Part shown: positions 16,822 through 24,977 of the stretch, piece after piece
Layout of the letters: each line of letters opens with the position of its first letter
Position numbering within the stretch: position 1 is the first letter of the stretch
IMG/VR virus record: IMGVR_UViG_3300035003_000002
Coordinates: 1-40,456 of that record
DNA: 40,456 bases
Direction: 5' to 3' (one strand)
DNA from: a virus
Taxonomy: Duplodnaviria; Caudoviricetes
Notes under the pieces: model-generated
What the model was told of the DNA's origin: nothing
What the model saw: the letters and a program-made list of their open reading frames with translations, nothing else
The model's database searches: none
Position numbers and translations under genes: made by a program

Positions 16822-17952
16822 ATGGCCGTCGCACAGGCGACGCTGGACGCCCTCAGCCTGCCGCCGCGCGAGGCCATCGCCTTCTTCGCGCAGAAGACCA
16901 ACGCCACGACGCAGCACTGGACCGATGTCTGGCGCACCGGGCACAGCCGCAGCTTCATGGTGGCGGGCGCCGCCAGCGAAGACCTGGTCGCCGATTTCCG
17001 CGCCGAGATCACCAAGGCGCTGGAACAAGGCACCACCCTGGCCGAGTTCCGCCAGGGCTTCGACCAGATCGTGGCGCGGCATGGCTGGGCCTACAATGGC
17101 GGGCGCGGCTGGCGCACGCGGCTGATCTACGAGACGAACCTCAGCACCGCCTATGCGGCCGGGCGCTACGCCCAGATGACCGAGCCCGACACGCTGGCCG
17201 CCTTCCCCTTCTGGCAATACGTGCACAATGACGGCCCGAACCCGCGGCTGCAGCACCGCGCCTGGAACGGCCTGGTGCTGCGCGCCGACGATCCCTTCTG
17301 GGCCACGCACTACCCGCCGAATGGCTGGCGCTGCGGCTGCCGCGTGCGCGCGCTGACGGCGCGGCAGCTGGGCCGCCAGGGCAAGACGGGGCCGGACACC
17401 GCGCCCGCCATCGAGACGCGCCCCTGGACCAACCCGCGCACGGGCGCCACCAGCGACGTGCCGATCGGCATCGACCCCGGCTTCGACTACAACCCCGGCC
17501 AGGCCTGGCAGGGCGGCGGGCTGCCCGCCATCCCCACCGATGCGCGCTTCACGCCGCCCGAGGGCTTCCCGCCGCGCCCGCTGCCCATCCCCGCCGCGCG
17601 CCCGGCCGCCGCGTCGGCGCCACGCCCGCCGGCGGCGGCGAGCGATGACGTGCTGCCGATCGGTCGCACCGGCGCCGCCGACGCGCCGGACACGCCCCTG
17701 CCGCCCGAGCCGCCGGCCGAGGAAGCCGCGCGCCTGCGGGCGCAGCTGCGCCGCCTGGGCGGTGCCGCCGCCGCCGAGGCCGGAGGCGCCTCGCCGCTGG
17801 CCGAGCTGCGCCGCCTGGCGGGGCTGGCCTCGGCCGAGCGCACGCGGCTGCTGGCGCGCCTTAGCGAGCTGCGCGGCGCGCGCGCGGCGCGGGATGCGCA
17901 GCGCGACAGCCTGGCCACGCTGCGCCGCAAGGTGGCCGAGGCCGGGGGATGA
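16822..17952 (+). CDS. MuF/gp30 head morphogenesis protein with C-terminal extension
   Basis: RLIYETNLSTAYAAGRY, PRLQHRAWNG, HYPPNGWRCGCRV, IDPGFDYNPG, then a Pro/Ala linker and Arg-rich helices. Confidence 0.92.
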   Translation: MAVAQATLDALSLPPREAIAFFAQKTNATTQHWTDVWRTGHSRSFMVAGAASEDLVADFRAEITKALEQGTTLAEFRQGFDQIVARHGWAYNGGRGWRTRLIYETNLSTAYAAGRYAQMTEPDTLAAFPFWQYVHNDGPNPRLQHRAWNGLVLRADDPFWATHYPPNGWRCGCRVRALTARQLGRQGKTGPDTAPAIETRPWTNPRTGATSDVPIGIDPGFDYNPGQAWQGGGLPAIPTDARFTPPEGFPPRPLPIPAARPAAASAPRPPAAASDDVLPIGRTGAADAPDTPLPPEPPAEEAARLRAQLRRLGGAAAAEAGGASPLAELRRLAGLASAERTRLLARLSELRGARAARDAQRDSLATLRRKVAEAGG

Positions 17953-18485
17953 GCGGCGCGCAGATCACCGTCGAGATCCGCGACCAGGCGGCGCGGCAGA
18001 CGCTGCGGCAGATCGCCCAGCTGGGGCGGGAGCCGGGGCCGCTGCTGCGCGCCATCGGCGCCGGGCTGGCCGAGAACACGCGCGATCGCTTCGACCGCGG
18101 CGTGGATCCCGCCGGCTTCGCCTGGGCGCCGCTGCGCGACTTCTACGCGCCGCTGAAGAAGGGCCCGGGCATCCTGCGCGAGGCAGGCATGCGCGGCGGC
18201 CTGCAGGGCAGCATCACCTTCGATGTCGCCGGCGATGCCGTGGCGGTGGGCAGCAACAAGGTCTATGCCGCCATCCACCAGTTCGGCGGCGTGATCAAGG
18301 CGAAGAAGGCGCCCTTCCTGGTGTTCCGCACCACGGCGGGCCTCGCCTTCGCGAAGCAGGTGACCATCCCCGCGCGCCCCTACCTCGGCCTGTCGGCCGA
18401 GGACGAGGACACCATCCTGGACGTGGCCGAGACGATGCTGGACCGCTGGACGCGCAGCCCCGCCGGGGGTGGCGCGCGCACCTAG
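17949..18485 (+). CDS. virion morphogenesis protein (Mu gpG/gp31-like)
   Basis: RFDRGVDPAG..WAPL, VGSNKVYAAIHQFGG, IPARPYLGLS. Confidence 0.92.
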   Translation: MSGAQITVEIRDQAARQTLRQIAQLGREPGPLLRAIGAGLAENTRDRFDRGVDPAGFAWAPLRDFYAPLKKGPGILREAGMRGGLQGSITFDVAGDAVAVGSNKVYAAIHQFGGVIKAKKAPFLVFRTTAGLAFAKQVTIPARPYLGLSAEDEDTILDVAETMLDRWTRSPAGGGART

Positions 18486-18590
18486 CGATAAGATGATTTA
18501 AGACGGTCTAAGAAGCCGGTCGGCGCCCTTCCAGGCCCTGACCCCGCCGCCAGAGCCCCGGCCGCGCCAGCGGCGATCCTGCTGGCGCGC
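18486..18590 (+). other. G-I intergenic region with phased TAAGA x3 and a hairpin; candidate strong gyrase site
   Basis: TAAGA at 18489, 18499, 18509; 9-bp stem 18563-18571/18581-18589; same position as the Mu SGS. Confidence 0.5.
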
Positions 18591-18593
18591 TTC

Positions 18594-18648
18594 ACGCCCG
18601 CGCCCGCGGGCATGATCCGTGCCCCGGGCGCGCGCGATCCTGCGCCCC
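18594..18648 (+). promoter_or_regulatory. putative late promoter 2 (PI-like)
   Basis: ACGCCCGC-GCCC-GCGGGCATGA...CGCGCGATCCT-7 nt-ATG(18649). Confidence 0.75.
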
Positions 18649-19683
18649 ATGCTGCTGACCGCCGCCCATGCCCTGCTGCCCTTCGCCACCGCCGGCGCGC
18701 CCGAATGGGTGCACCTGGTGCCGGCCGGGACCGTGCGCGGGCTGGATGGCCGCGGCCCCTACACGCTGGCCGACCCGGCCGGCGTCATCGCGCGCTCGAT
18801 GCAGGCCGGGCGCCTGCCGATCGACGAGAACCACAGCACCGACCACGCGCTGAAGGCCGGCGGCGCCGCACCCGCGCGCGGCTGGATCGTCGAGATGCAG
18901 GCGCGCGAAGACGGCATCTGGGGCCGCGTCGAATGGACGCCGGCCGGCCAGGCGCTGCTGGAGGCGCGCGAATACCGCGGCATCAGCCCGGTCTTCACGC
19001 ACACGGCGACGGACGGCGAGGTGCTGCAGCTGCTGCGCGCCGCGCTGACCAACGCGCCGAACCTCACCCAGCTCACCACACTGCACACCCTGAACCAGGA
19101 GACGAAGTTGGACCTCACGGCACTCCGCCGCGCGCTCGGCCTGCCCGAGACCGCGGACGAGGCGGCGATCATCGCCGCCGCGGGGGCGGCGCACAGCGCC
19201 GTCGCCACCCACACCACCGCGCTGGGCGAGATCGCCCGCGCTGCGGGCCTGGCCGAAGGCGCGGCCGCGCCGGCCATCGTCACCGCGCTGCAGACCCGTG
19301 CCGCCGCCGGCGACCCCGCGAAGATGGCGGCCGACCTGGTGGCGCTGCAGACGCAGCTGACCAACCTGCAGCAGGCGCAGGCGCGCGCCGCGGCCGAGAC
19401 CGCGGTGGATGCCGCGATCCGCGCCGGCAAGCCCATCCCGGGTTCCCTGCGCGACCACTACATCGCGCGCCACATGCAGGACCCCGCCAGCGTGGCGAAG
19501 GAACTGGACGGCCTGCCGAGCCTGAAGGCTGGCGGGCTGGCGGCGCATGCCGCCGGCGCCGGTGGCGCGGCCGCCGATGGCCTGACGGTCGAGGACCGCG
19601 AGGCCATCGCCCTGCTGGGCATCGACGCCGAGCAGTTCAAGAAGCAGCGCGCCCGCGAGGGTGCCATGGTTGGGAGCGCCTGA
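18649..19683 (+). CDS. prohead protease I (Mu gp32-like)
   Basis: PEWVHLVPAG, DGRGP, LPIDENH, APARGWI, VEWTPAG, EYRGISPVF, AALTNAPNL. Confidence 0.93.
   Translation: MLLTAAHALLPFATAGAPEWVHLVPAGTVRGLDGRGPYTLADPAGVIARSMQAGRLPIDENHSTDHALKAGGAAPARGWIVEMQAREDGIWGRVEWTPAGQALLEAREYRGISPVFTHTATDGEVLQLLRAALTNAPNLTQLTTLHTLNQETKLDLTALRRALGLPETADEAAIIAAAGAAHSAVATHTTALGEIARAAGLAEGAAAPAIVTALQTRAAAGDPAKMAADLVALQTQLTNLQQAQARAAAETAVDAAIRAGKPIPGSLRDHYIARHMQDPASVAKELDGLPSLKAGGLAAHAAGAGGAAADGLTVEDREAIALLGIDAEQFKKQRAREGAMVGSA
19108..19683 (+). CDS. in-frame internal scaffold protein Z (putative)
   Basis: AGGAG at 19097-19101 then in-frame TTG at 19108, just after the protease domain; Mu encodes Z inside I. Confidence 0.6.
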   Translation: MDLTALRRALGLPETADEAAIIAAAGAAHSAVATHTTALGEIARAAGLAEGAAAPAIVTALQTRAAAGDPAKMAADLVALQTQLTNLQQAQARAAAETAVDAAIRAGKPIPGSLRDHYIARHMQDPASVAKELDGLPSLKAGGLAAHAAGAGGAAADGLTVEDREAIALLGIDAEQFKKQRAREGAMVGSA

Positions 19684-19684
19684 G

Positions 19685-20077
19685 ATGCCGTTGAGTGCAC
19701 CGCGCAACACGCCCGAGCGCAACGAGGGCAAGTTCTTCGAATTCGCCGTTGCGGCATCCGTGCGCATCTATCCCGGCGCGCTGGTCATGCTGAACGCCGC
19801 CGGCGACGCCACGCCCGGCGCGGCGGCCACCGGCCAGACGGCCGCCGGCCGCGCCGAGACCGACAGCACCGAGAAGCCCGGCTTCGTGACGGTGCGGCGC
19901 GGCGTCTTCCGCTTCAACAACTCCGCCGCGGGCGATGCGATCACCAAGGCGCATTGGGGCGATCAGGTGTTCATCGTCGATGACGAGACGGTGGCCCTGA
20001 CCAACGGCAGCAACACCCGCAGCGTCGCCGGCATCTGCCGCGGCGTGGACGCCGCCGGCGTCTGGGTCGAGATCTAA
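19685..20077 (+). CDS. putative capsid decoration/cement protein
   Basis: Between protease and capsid genes; IYPGALV, VTVRRGVFRFNNS, VFIVDDETVA, GVWVEI. Confidence 0.75.
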   Translation: MPLSAPRNTPERNEGKFFEFAVAASVRIYPGALVMLNAAGDATPGAAATGQTAAGRAETDSTEKPGFVTVRRGVFRFNNSAAGDAITKAHWGDQVFIVDDETVALTNGSNTRSVAGICRGVDAAGVWVEI

Positions 20078-20092
20078 GGGGGAGAAGCGACC

Positions 20093-20986
20093 ATGCAGAT
20101 CACCAGCGGCAACCTCCGCAGCCTCTACACCGGCTTCTCCACCGCTTTCCAGGGCGCCTTCGACAACGTCGCGCCGGTGTGGAACCGCGTGGCGATGCGC
20201 GTGCCCTCCTCCACCGAGGCCAACGAATATGGCTGGCTGGAGCAGCTGCCGCGCATCCGCGAATGGCTGGGCGACCGTGTGATCCACGGCATCAAGGCCA
20301 GCGACTATCGCCTGCGCAACCGGCCGTGGGAGCTGACGATCGGCGTCGATCGCGACAAGATCGAGGACGACAATGTCGGCGTCTTCACGCCGCTGTTCGC
20401 CGAGATGGGCCGCGCCACCGCGGTGTTCCCGGACGAGCTGGTGCTGACGCTGGCCCGCGACGGTTTCAGCACCATCTGCTACGATGGCCAGTTCTTCTTC
20501 GACACCGACCATCCGGTGCTGGACGCCAACGGCGTGGTGCAGTCCGTGTCGAACGATGGCGGCGGTTCCGGCGACCGCTGGATGCTGCTGGACACCAGCC
20601 GCCCGGTGAAGCCCTTCATCTTCCAGGAGCGCCGGGCCTTCGACTTCGTGCGCATGGATGCTGCCACCGACGAGGTGGTGTTCGCCCGGAAGGAGTACCG
20701 GTACGGCGTCGATGGCCGCATGGTCGCGGGCTATGGCCTGTGGCAGCTGGCCTATGGCAGCCAGCAGACCCTGAACGAGGCGGCCTACGAGGCCGCGCGC
20801 GCGGCGATGATGAACATGCGCGGCGACAATGGCCGCCCGCTGGGCATCATGCCGAACCTGCTGGTGGTGCCGCCCAGCCTGGAGGCCGCCGGCCGCAAGC
20901 TGCTGGAGGCGGAGAGCAACGCCAATGGCAGCACCAACGTCTGGCGCAACACGGCGCAGCTGCTGGTGACGCCGTGGCTGGCGTGA
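20093..20986 (+). CDS. major capsid protein (Mu gpT-like)
   Basis: VPSST..NEYGWL...REWLGDR, IEDDNVG, CYDGQFFFDTDHPV, PFIFQER, GYGLWQLAY, LVVPPSLE. Confidence 0.96.
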   Translation: MQITSGNLRSLYTGFSTAFQGAFDNVAPVWNRVAMRVPSSTEANEYGWLEQLPRIREWLGDRVIHGIKASDYRLRNRPWELTIGVDRDKIEDDNVGVFTPLFAEMGRATAVFPDELVLTLARDGFSTICYDGQFFFDTDHPVLDANGVVQSVSNDGGGSGDRWMLLDTSRPVKPFIFQERRAFDFVRMDAATDEVVFARKEYRYGVDGRMVAGYGLWQLAYGSQQTLNEAAYEAARAAMMNMRGDNGRPLGIMPNLLVVPPSLEAAGRKLLEAESNANGSTNVWRNTAQLLVTPWLA

Positions 20987-21279
20987 TGCCTGAGGCCGCA
21001 CCCCCCGCGCTGCGCATCGCCGCGCGCCGCGCCGGCTTCCGTCGCGCCGGCCTGGCGCACCCGGCGCAGCCGGTGCTGCACCCGGCCGGCACCTTCACGC
21101 CCGACCAGGTGGAGGCCCTGCTGGCCGAGACGATGCTGATGGTGGAGATCATCCCCCCCGAAACCGCCACCCCCGACACCCGGCCCGAAGGGGATGGCGC
21201 CGACGCCGGCGACCTGGACAACCAGGTCGCCGGCAACCCGGCCGAAGCCGCGCCGCGCCGCGCGCGCAAGGCCGGCTGA
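20986..21279 (+). CDS. HI1506/gp35-like protein
   Basis: GFRRAGLAH...FTPDQVEALLAETMLMVE after the capsid gene. Confidence 0.75.
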   Translation: MPEAAPPALRIAARRAGFRRAGLAHPAQPVLHPAGTFTPDQVEALLAETMLMVEIIPPETATPDTRPEGDGADAGDLDNQVAGNPAEAAPRRARKAG

Positions 21280-21282
21280 GCC

Positions 21283-21711
21283 GTGTACGCCACCGTCGAG
21301 GACATGATCGGCCAGTGGGGCGAGGCGGAGATGATCCGCCTCACCGCCCCGGAAGGTCAGCTCGACGAACTGGTGGTGACGCAGCGCGTGGAACGCGCGC
21401 TGGCCGATGCCTCGGCGGTGATCGACAGCTACCTGCGCAAGCGCTACGGCGTGCCGCTGGCCGCCCCGGTCCCCGCCGAGGTGGCCCGCGCCTGCCGCAT
21501 CCTCGCCCGGCACGAGCTGGCGCATGGCGAGCAGCGCGAGCCCACCGAGCAGATGCACGCCGCGCGCAAGGACGTGCTGGCCTGGCTGCGCGACCTGGCC
21601 GAGGGCCGCGCCGAGCTGGCCATCGCCGCAGCCCCCGCCGCCAGCGGCGCCGGCGCGCGCATCCTCGATCGCGACGCAGCCTTCACCGCCGGCACCGGGC
21701 TGATCGGATGA
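21283..21711 (+). CDS. Mu gp36-like (DUF1320) head-tail adaptor
   Basis: YATVEDM, ALADASAVIDSYL..RY.VPL, WLRDLAEG. Confidence 0.9.
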   Translation: MYATVEDMIGQWGEAEMIRLTAPEGQLDELVVTQRVERALADASAVIDSYLRKRYGVPLAAPVPAEVARACRILARHELAHGEQREPTEQMHAARKDVLAWLRDLAEGRAELAIAAAPAASGAGARILDRDAAFTAGTGLIG

Positions 21712-22301
21712 GCGTCTATGCCGACCTCACCCGCGCCGGCCCGCTGCTGGCGATGGAAGCCGCGCTGACCGAGCGGCTGCAGCTGGCCTTCCCCTCGCGC
21801 GTGTTCGAGCACGCGACGGTGCCGGCGCGCGTCACGGCCGCCGGCTGGGCTCGGCTTCTGCGCCGCACGCCCTTCGTCGGGCTGGGCTGGGGCGGCTTCA
21901 AGATCGCGCCGCAATCGGGCCGGCGCATCGTGGCCGAGGCCGCATGGACGGTGTTCCTGGTGAACAAGAACGAGGCCGCGCCGAAGCTGCGCCTGGTGGG
22001 CGACAGCCTGGGCGTGGGCCAGCTGGGCATGGCGCAGGTGGCGGCCATCGCGCTGCACGGCCTGGCCATCCGCGATGTCGGCACCGTCATCGTGGGCGAC
22101 GCGCAGAACCTGTTCGCCGAGGCGTGGGACGACCAGGCCGGCGCGATGACCGGGCTGAACCTGACCGTGGCGTTCGAGCTGGTGCCGCTGCCCGGCGAGG
22201 GCAGCATCGACGAATTCCTGCGCCACGTCGCCGAATGGCGGATCGAGCCCGGCGACGTGCCCGCCGCCACCGACACCATCGCATTGAGGGAGGGCGCATG
22301 A
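21708..22301 (+). CDS. Mu gp37-like neck/tail terminator protein
   Basis: Synteny between gp36 and gp38; 197 aa. Confidence 0.7.
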   Translation: MSVYADLTRAGPLLAMEAALTERLQLAFPSRVFEHATVPARVTAAGWARLLRRTPFVGLGWGGFKIAPQSGRRIVAEAAWTVFLVNKNEAAPKLRLVGDSLGVGQLGMAQVAAIALHGLAIRDVGTVIVGDAQNLFAEAWDDQAGAMTGLNLTVAFELVPLPGEGSIDEFLRHVAEWRIEPGDVPAATDTIALREGA

Positions 22302-22516
22302 GCCCCGACACGCTGCCCGCGACGCTGCATCTGCGCCCCGCCGAGGGCCGCCGCGTGCGCCACCCGCTGACCATGGCGCCGATCGGCGCGGAGGGCGCGC
22401 ACCTGCCCCCCGACGCCTTCGTGCTGCGCCGCCTGGCCGAGGGCGACCTGGTGGTGGTGACGCCGCCGGCCGAGCCCGCCGAAACCAGCCATTCCGCGCC
22501 GCCGCGGCGCAAGTAA
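22298..22516 (+). CDS. Mu gp38-like (DUF2635)
   Basis: LRPAEGRRVRHP...RRLAEGDLV directly before the sheath gene. Confidence 0.85.
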   Translation: MSPDTLPATLHLRPAEGRRVRHPLTMAPIGAEGAHLPPDAFVLRRLAEGDLVVVTPPAEPAETSHSAPPRRK

Positions 22517-22531
22517 GGGGAACCGCACCGC

Positions 22532-24004
22532 ATGTCCGGGACCATCAGCTTCGACCAGGTGCCCGCCGATTGGCGCGTGCCCGGCGCCTATGTGGAAATC
22601 CGCCCGATCAACCGCTTCCAGGGCCTGGCCGAGTATCGCCCCCGCGCGCTGCTGATCGGCCAGATGCTGACCGGCACGGCCGCCGCCGAGGTGCCGCAGC
22701 GCATCACGCGGCGCGACCAGGCCACGGCGCTGTTCGGCGCGGGCAGCGCGCTGGAGGACATGATCCAGACCTTCCTGGACGCGAACACCACCACCGAGCT
22801 GTGGGCCATGGGCCTGCCGGCCTCGGGCGGTGCGGCGGCGGCCAGCGGCACCATCGCGCTGACGGGCTCGCCCACCGCGGCCGGCACGCTGGCGGTCTAC
22901 ATCCGCGGCCGCCGCGTCGCGGTGCCGGTCGCGGCCGCGGCCACGCCCACCGTCATCGCCACCGCCCTGGCAGCCGCCATCAACGCGGCGGTGGGGCTGC
23001 CGGTGACGGCGGCCAGCACCACCGGCACGGTGACGCTGACGGCGCGGCACCTGGGCGCCATCGGCAACTTCATCGACGTGCGGGTGAACTACCAGCTGGG
23101 CGATGCCACGCCGCCGGGCCTGACCGTGACGATCACCGCGATGGCGAGCGGCACCGGCACGCCGGTGCTGACCGCAGCGCTGGCGGCGATCGCCGCCGAC
23201 CCCTTCACCGACATCTGCCTGGGCTTCCCCGAGGCCGGCGTGATCGGCGTGCTGGCGACCGAACTGGCGCGCCGCTACGGCGCCATGGTGGGCCTCGATG
23301 CGCATGGCTATGCCGCCCTGTCGGCGACGCATGGCACGCTGCTGACGCTGGGCGCGGCGCAGAATTCGCCGCACCTGACGATCATCGGCGCCAACGCCTC
23401 GCCCAGCCCGCCCTGGGCCTGGGCGGCCTCGCTGTGCGGGCGCGCGGCCTTCCACATGGCCAATGACCCGGCGCGGCAGATGCGCGGCATCACGCTGCCC
23501 GGGATCCTGCCGCCGGCGGTCACCGCCCGCTTCACGACGACCGAGCAGGATCAGCTGCTGCGCGATGGCATCAGCACCTGGGACGCCATCCAGGACGGCA
23601 CGGTGGTGCTCTCGCGCGTCATCACGGCCTACCAGGTCTCGAACCTCGGCGTGGCGGACACCGCCTGGCTGGACATCATGGTGCCGAAGACCATGTCGCG
23701 GATCCGCTTCGACTGGCGCGCCTACCTGCAGCTGTCCTTCCCGCGCCACAAGCTGGCGGATGACGGCAGCCCGGCCGCCGAGTTCAACGACAACATCGTG
23801 ACGCCGCGCATCATGGCCAGCGTCTGGGGCACGCGCTGCAAGCTGTATGAGCGGCTGGGCTGGATCGAGGACATCCAGCGCACCATCGCCGACAGCACCT
23901 TCGTGCGGAACGCCTCCGACCGGAACCGGCTGGATGCGCGCCAGCGCGTGCGGGTGATCGGCAACCTGATGGTGTTCGCCGCCGCCCTCGAATTCGAAGC
24001 CTGA
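22532..24004 (+). CDS. tail sheath protein (Mu gpL-like)
   Basis: ISFDQVPADWRVPGAYVE, FGAGS, DPARQ, LLRDGIST, RNASDRNRLD. Confidence 0.95.
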   Translation: MSGTISFDQVPADWRVPGAYVEIRPINRFQGLAEYRPRALLIGQMLTGTAAAEVPQRITRRDQATALFGAGSALEDMIQTFLDANTTTELWAMGLPASGGAAAASGTIALTGSPTAAGTLAVYIRGRRVAVPVAAAATPTVIATALAAAINAAVGLPVTAASTTGTVTLTARHLGAIGNFIDVRVNYQLGDATPPGLTVTITAMASGTGTPVLTAALAAIAADPFTDICLGFPEAGVIGVLATELARRYGAMVGLDAHGYAALSATHGTLLTLGAAQNSPHLTIIGANASPSPPWAWAASLCGRAAFHMANDPARQMRGITLPGILPPAVTARFTTTEQDQLLRDGISTWDAIQDGTVVLSRVITAYQVSNLGVADTAWLDIMVPKTMSRIRFDWRAYLQLSFPRHKLADDGSPAAEFNDNIVTPRIMASVWGTRCKLYERLGWIEDIQRTIADSTFVRNASDRNRLDARQRVRVIGNLMVFAAALEFEA

Positions 24005-24014
24005 GGAGAGGCAC

Positions 24015-24383
24015 ATGGCACAGCTGCTCGGCATCATCGACGTGGTCTGGCGGGGGCAGAAGATCGCCACCGAGAAGGGGGCGAAGCTGCGGCTTGGCGG
24101 CCTCAAGAACAACGGCGTCATCATGGGCCGCCAGATCGGCCGCGCGCAGGAGATGGAGGCCTCCGAGGTCACCGTCACCACCAACCTCAAGCGCGACCAG
24201 CGCATCCTCGACCTGTGGGGCGCGGGGCAGGAGGGCGAGCTGCAGGTGCTGTGCGACACCGGCCAGACCTACGTCTTCCCCGACGCCTTCCTGACCAACC
24301 GTCCCGAGATGACCGGCGGCGAGGGCGGCAAGATCGAGATGGTGTGGATGGCCGGCGAGGCCGAGGAGCTGCTGAATGGCTGA
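24015..24383 (+). CDS. tail tube protein
   Basis: 122 aa after the sheath; CDTGQTYV; GAGGAG SD. Confidence 0.88.
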   Translation: MAQLLGIIDVVWRGQKIATEKGAKLRLGGLKNNGVIMGRQIGRAQEMEASEVTVTTNLKRDQRILDLWGAGQEGELQVLCDTGQTYVFPDAFLTNRPEMTGGEGGKIEMVWMAGEAEELLNG

Positions 24384-24846
24384 CGGCCCCACTTCCCCTG
24401 GCGATACCACCATCATCGTGGACCTGGTCGAGGATGCCGGCCCGGCGCAGGGCCCCGCGGCCGCTGCCGGCGCCGATGTGGTGGTGATTTCCGACGATGG
24501 CGCGCCCGCGCCGCTGCCGGCCCGCGCCACGGAGCACCCCGATGGCAGCGTGACGCTGCCGCTGCTGTTCCCGGTGGTCCTGCGCTACCGCGCGCGGGGC
24601 AGCGAGACGGTGCGCGAGGAACGCTGCGAAAGCTTGACCTTCGGCCGGCTGAACGGCGCCGACATGCGCGCCATCGCGGCCAGTGCCACGGGGGGTGCGG
24701 GCATCATGGTGACCCTGGCGCGCAGCGCGCGGATGCCGGAGGGCAAGTTCGGCCCGCTGTTCGACAGGCTCGACGCCGCCGACATCGACGATGCGCTGGC
24801 CGTGGTGGCGCGTTTTTTGGGCAGTGGCCGGAAGACTGGCCGCTGA
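24376..24846 (+). CDS. tail assembly chaperone (gp41/gpE-like)
   Basis: LTFGRLNGADMRAI...FDRLDAADI; between tube and tape measure; T6G slippery site near the 3' end. Confidence 0.88.
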   Translation: MADGPTSPGDTTIIVDLVEDAGPAQGPAAAAGADVVVISDDGAPAPLPARATEHPDGSVTLPLLFPVVLRYRARGSETVREERCESLTFGRLNGADMRAIAASATGGAGIMVTLARSARMPEGKFGPLFDRLDAADIDDALAVVARFLGSGRKTGR

Positions 24847-24974
24847 TCCTGGCCGCGCTCGGCCAGTTCTATCACTGGTCGCGCGCCGAGCTTGAGGCGC
24901 TGCAGGCCGCCGATGCGCTGTTCTGGCACCAGGCCGCGGCCGATCTGCTGAAGGCGGCGCGCGAGAGGGAGTAG
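24816..24974 (+). CDS. -1 frameshift extension of the tail chaperone (gpE'-like)
   Basis: After TTTTTTG (24813-24819) the -1 frame reads FGQWPEDWPLILAALGQFYHWSRAELEALQAADALFWHQAAADLLKAARERE*, stopping 3 nt before the tape measure ATG. Confidence 0.85.
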   Translation, partial: FGQWPEDWPLILAALGQFYHWSRAELEALQAADALFWHQAAADLLKAARERE

Positions 24975-24977
24975 GGC

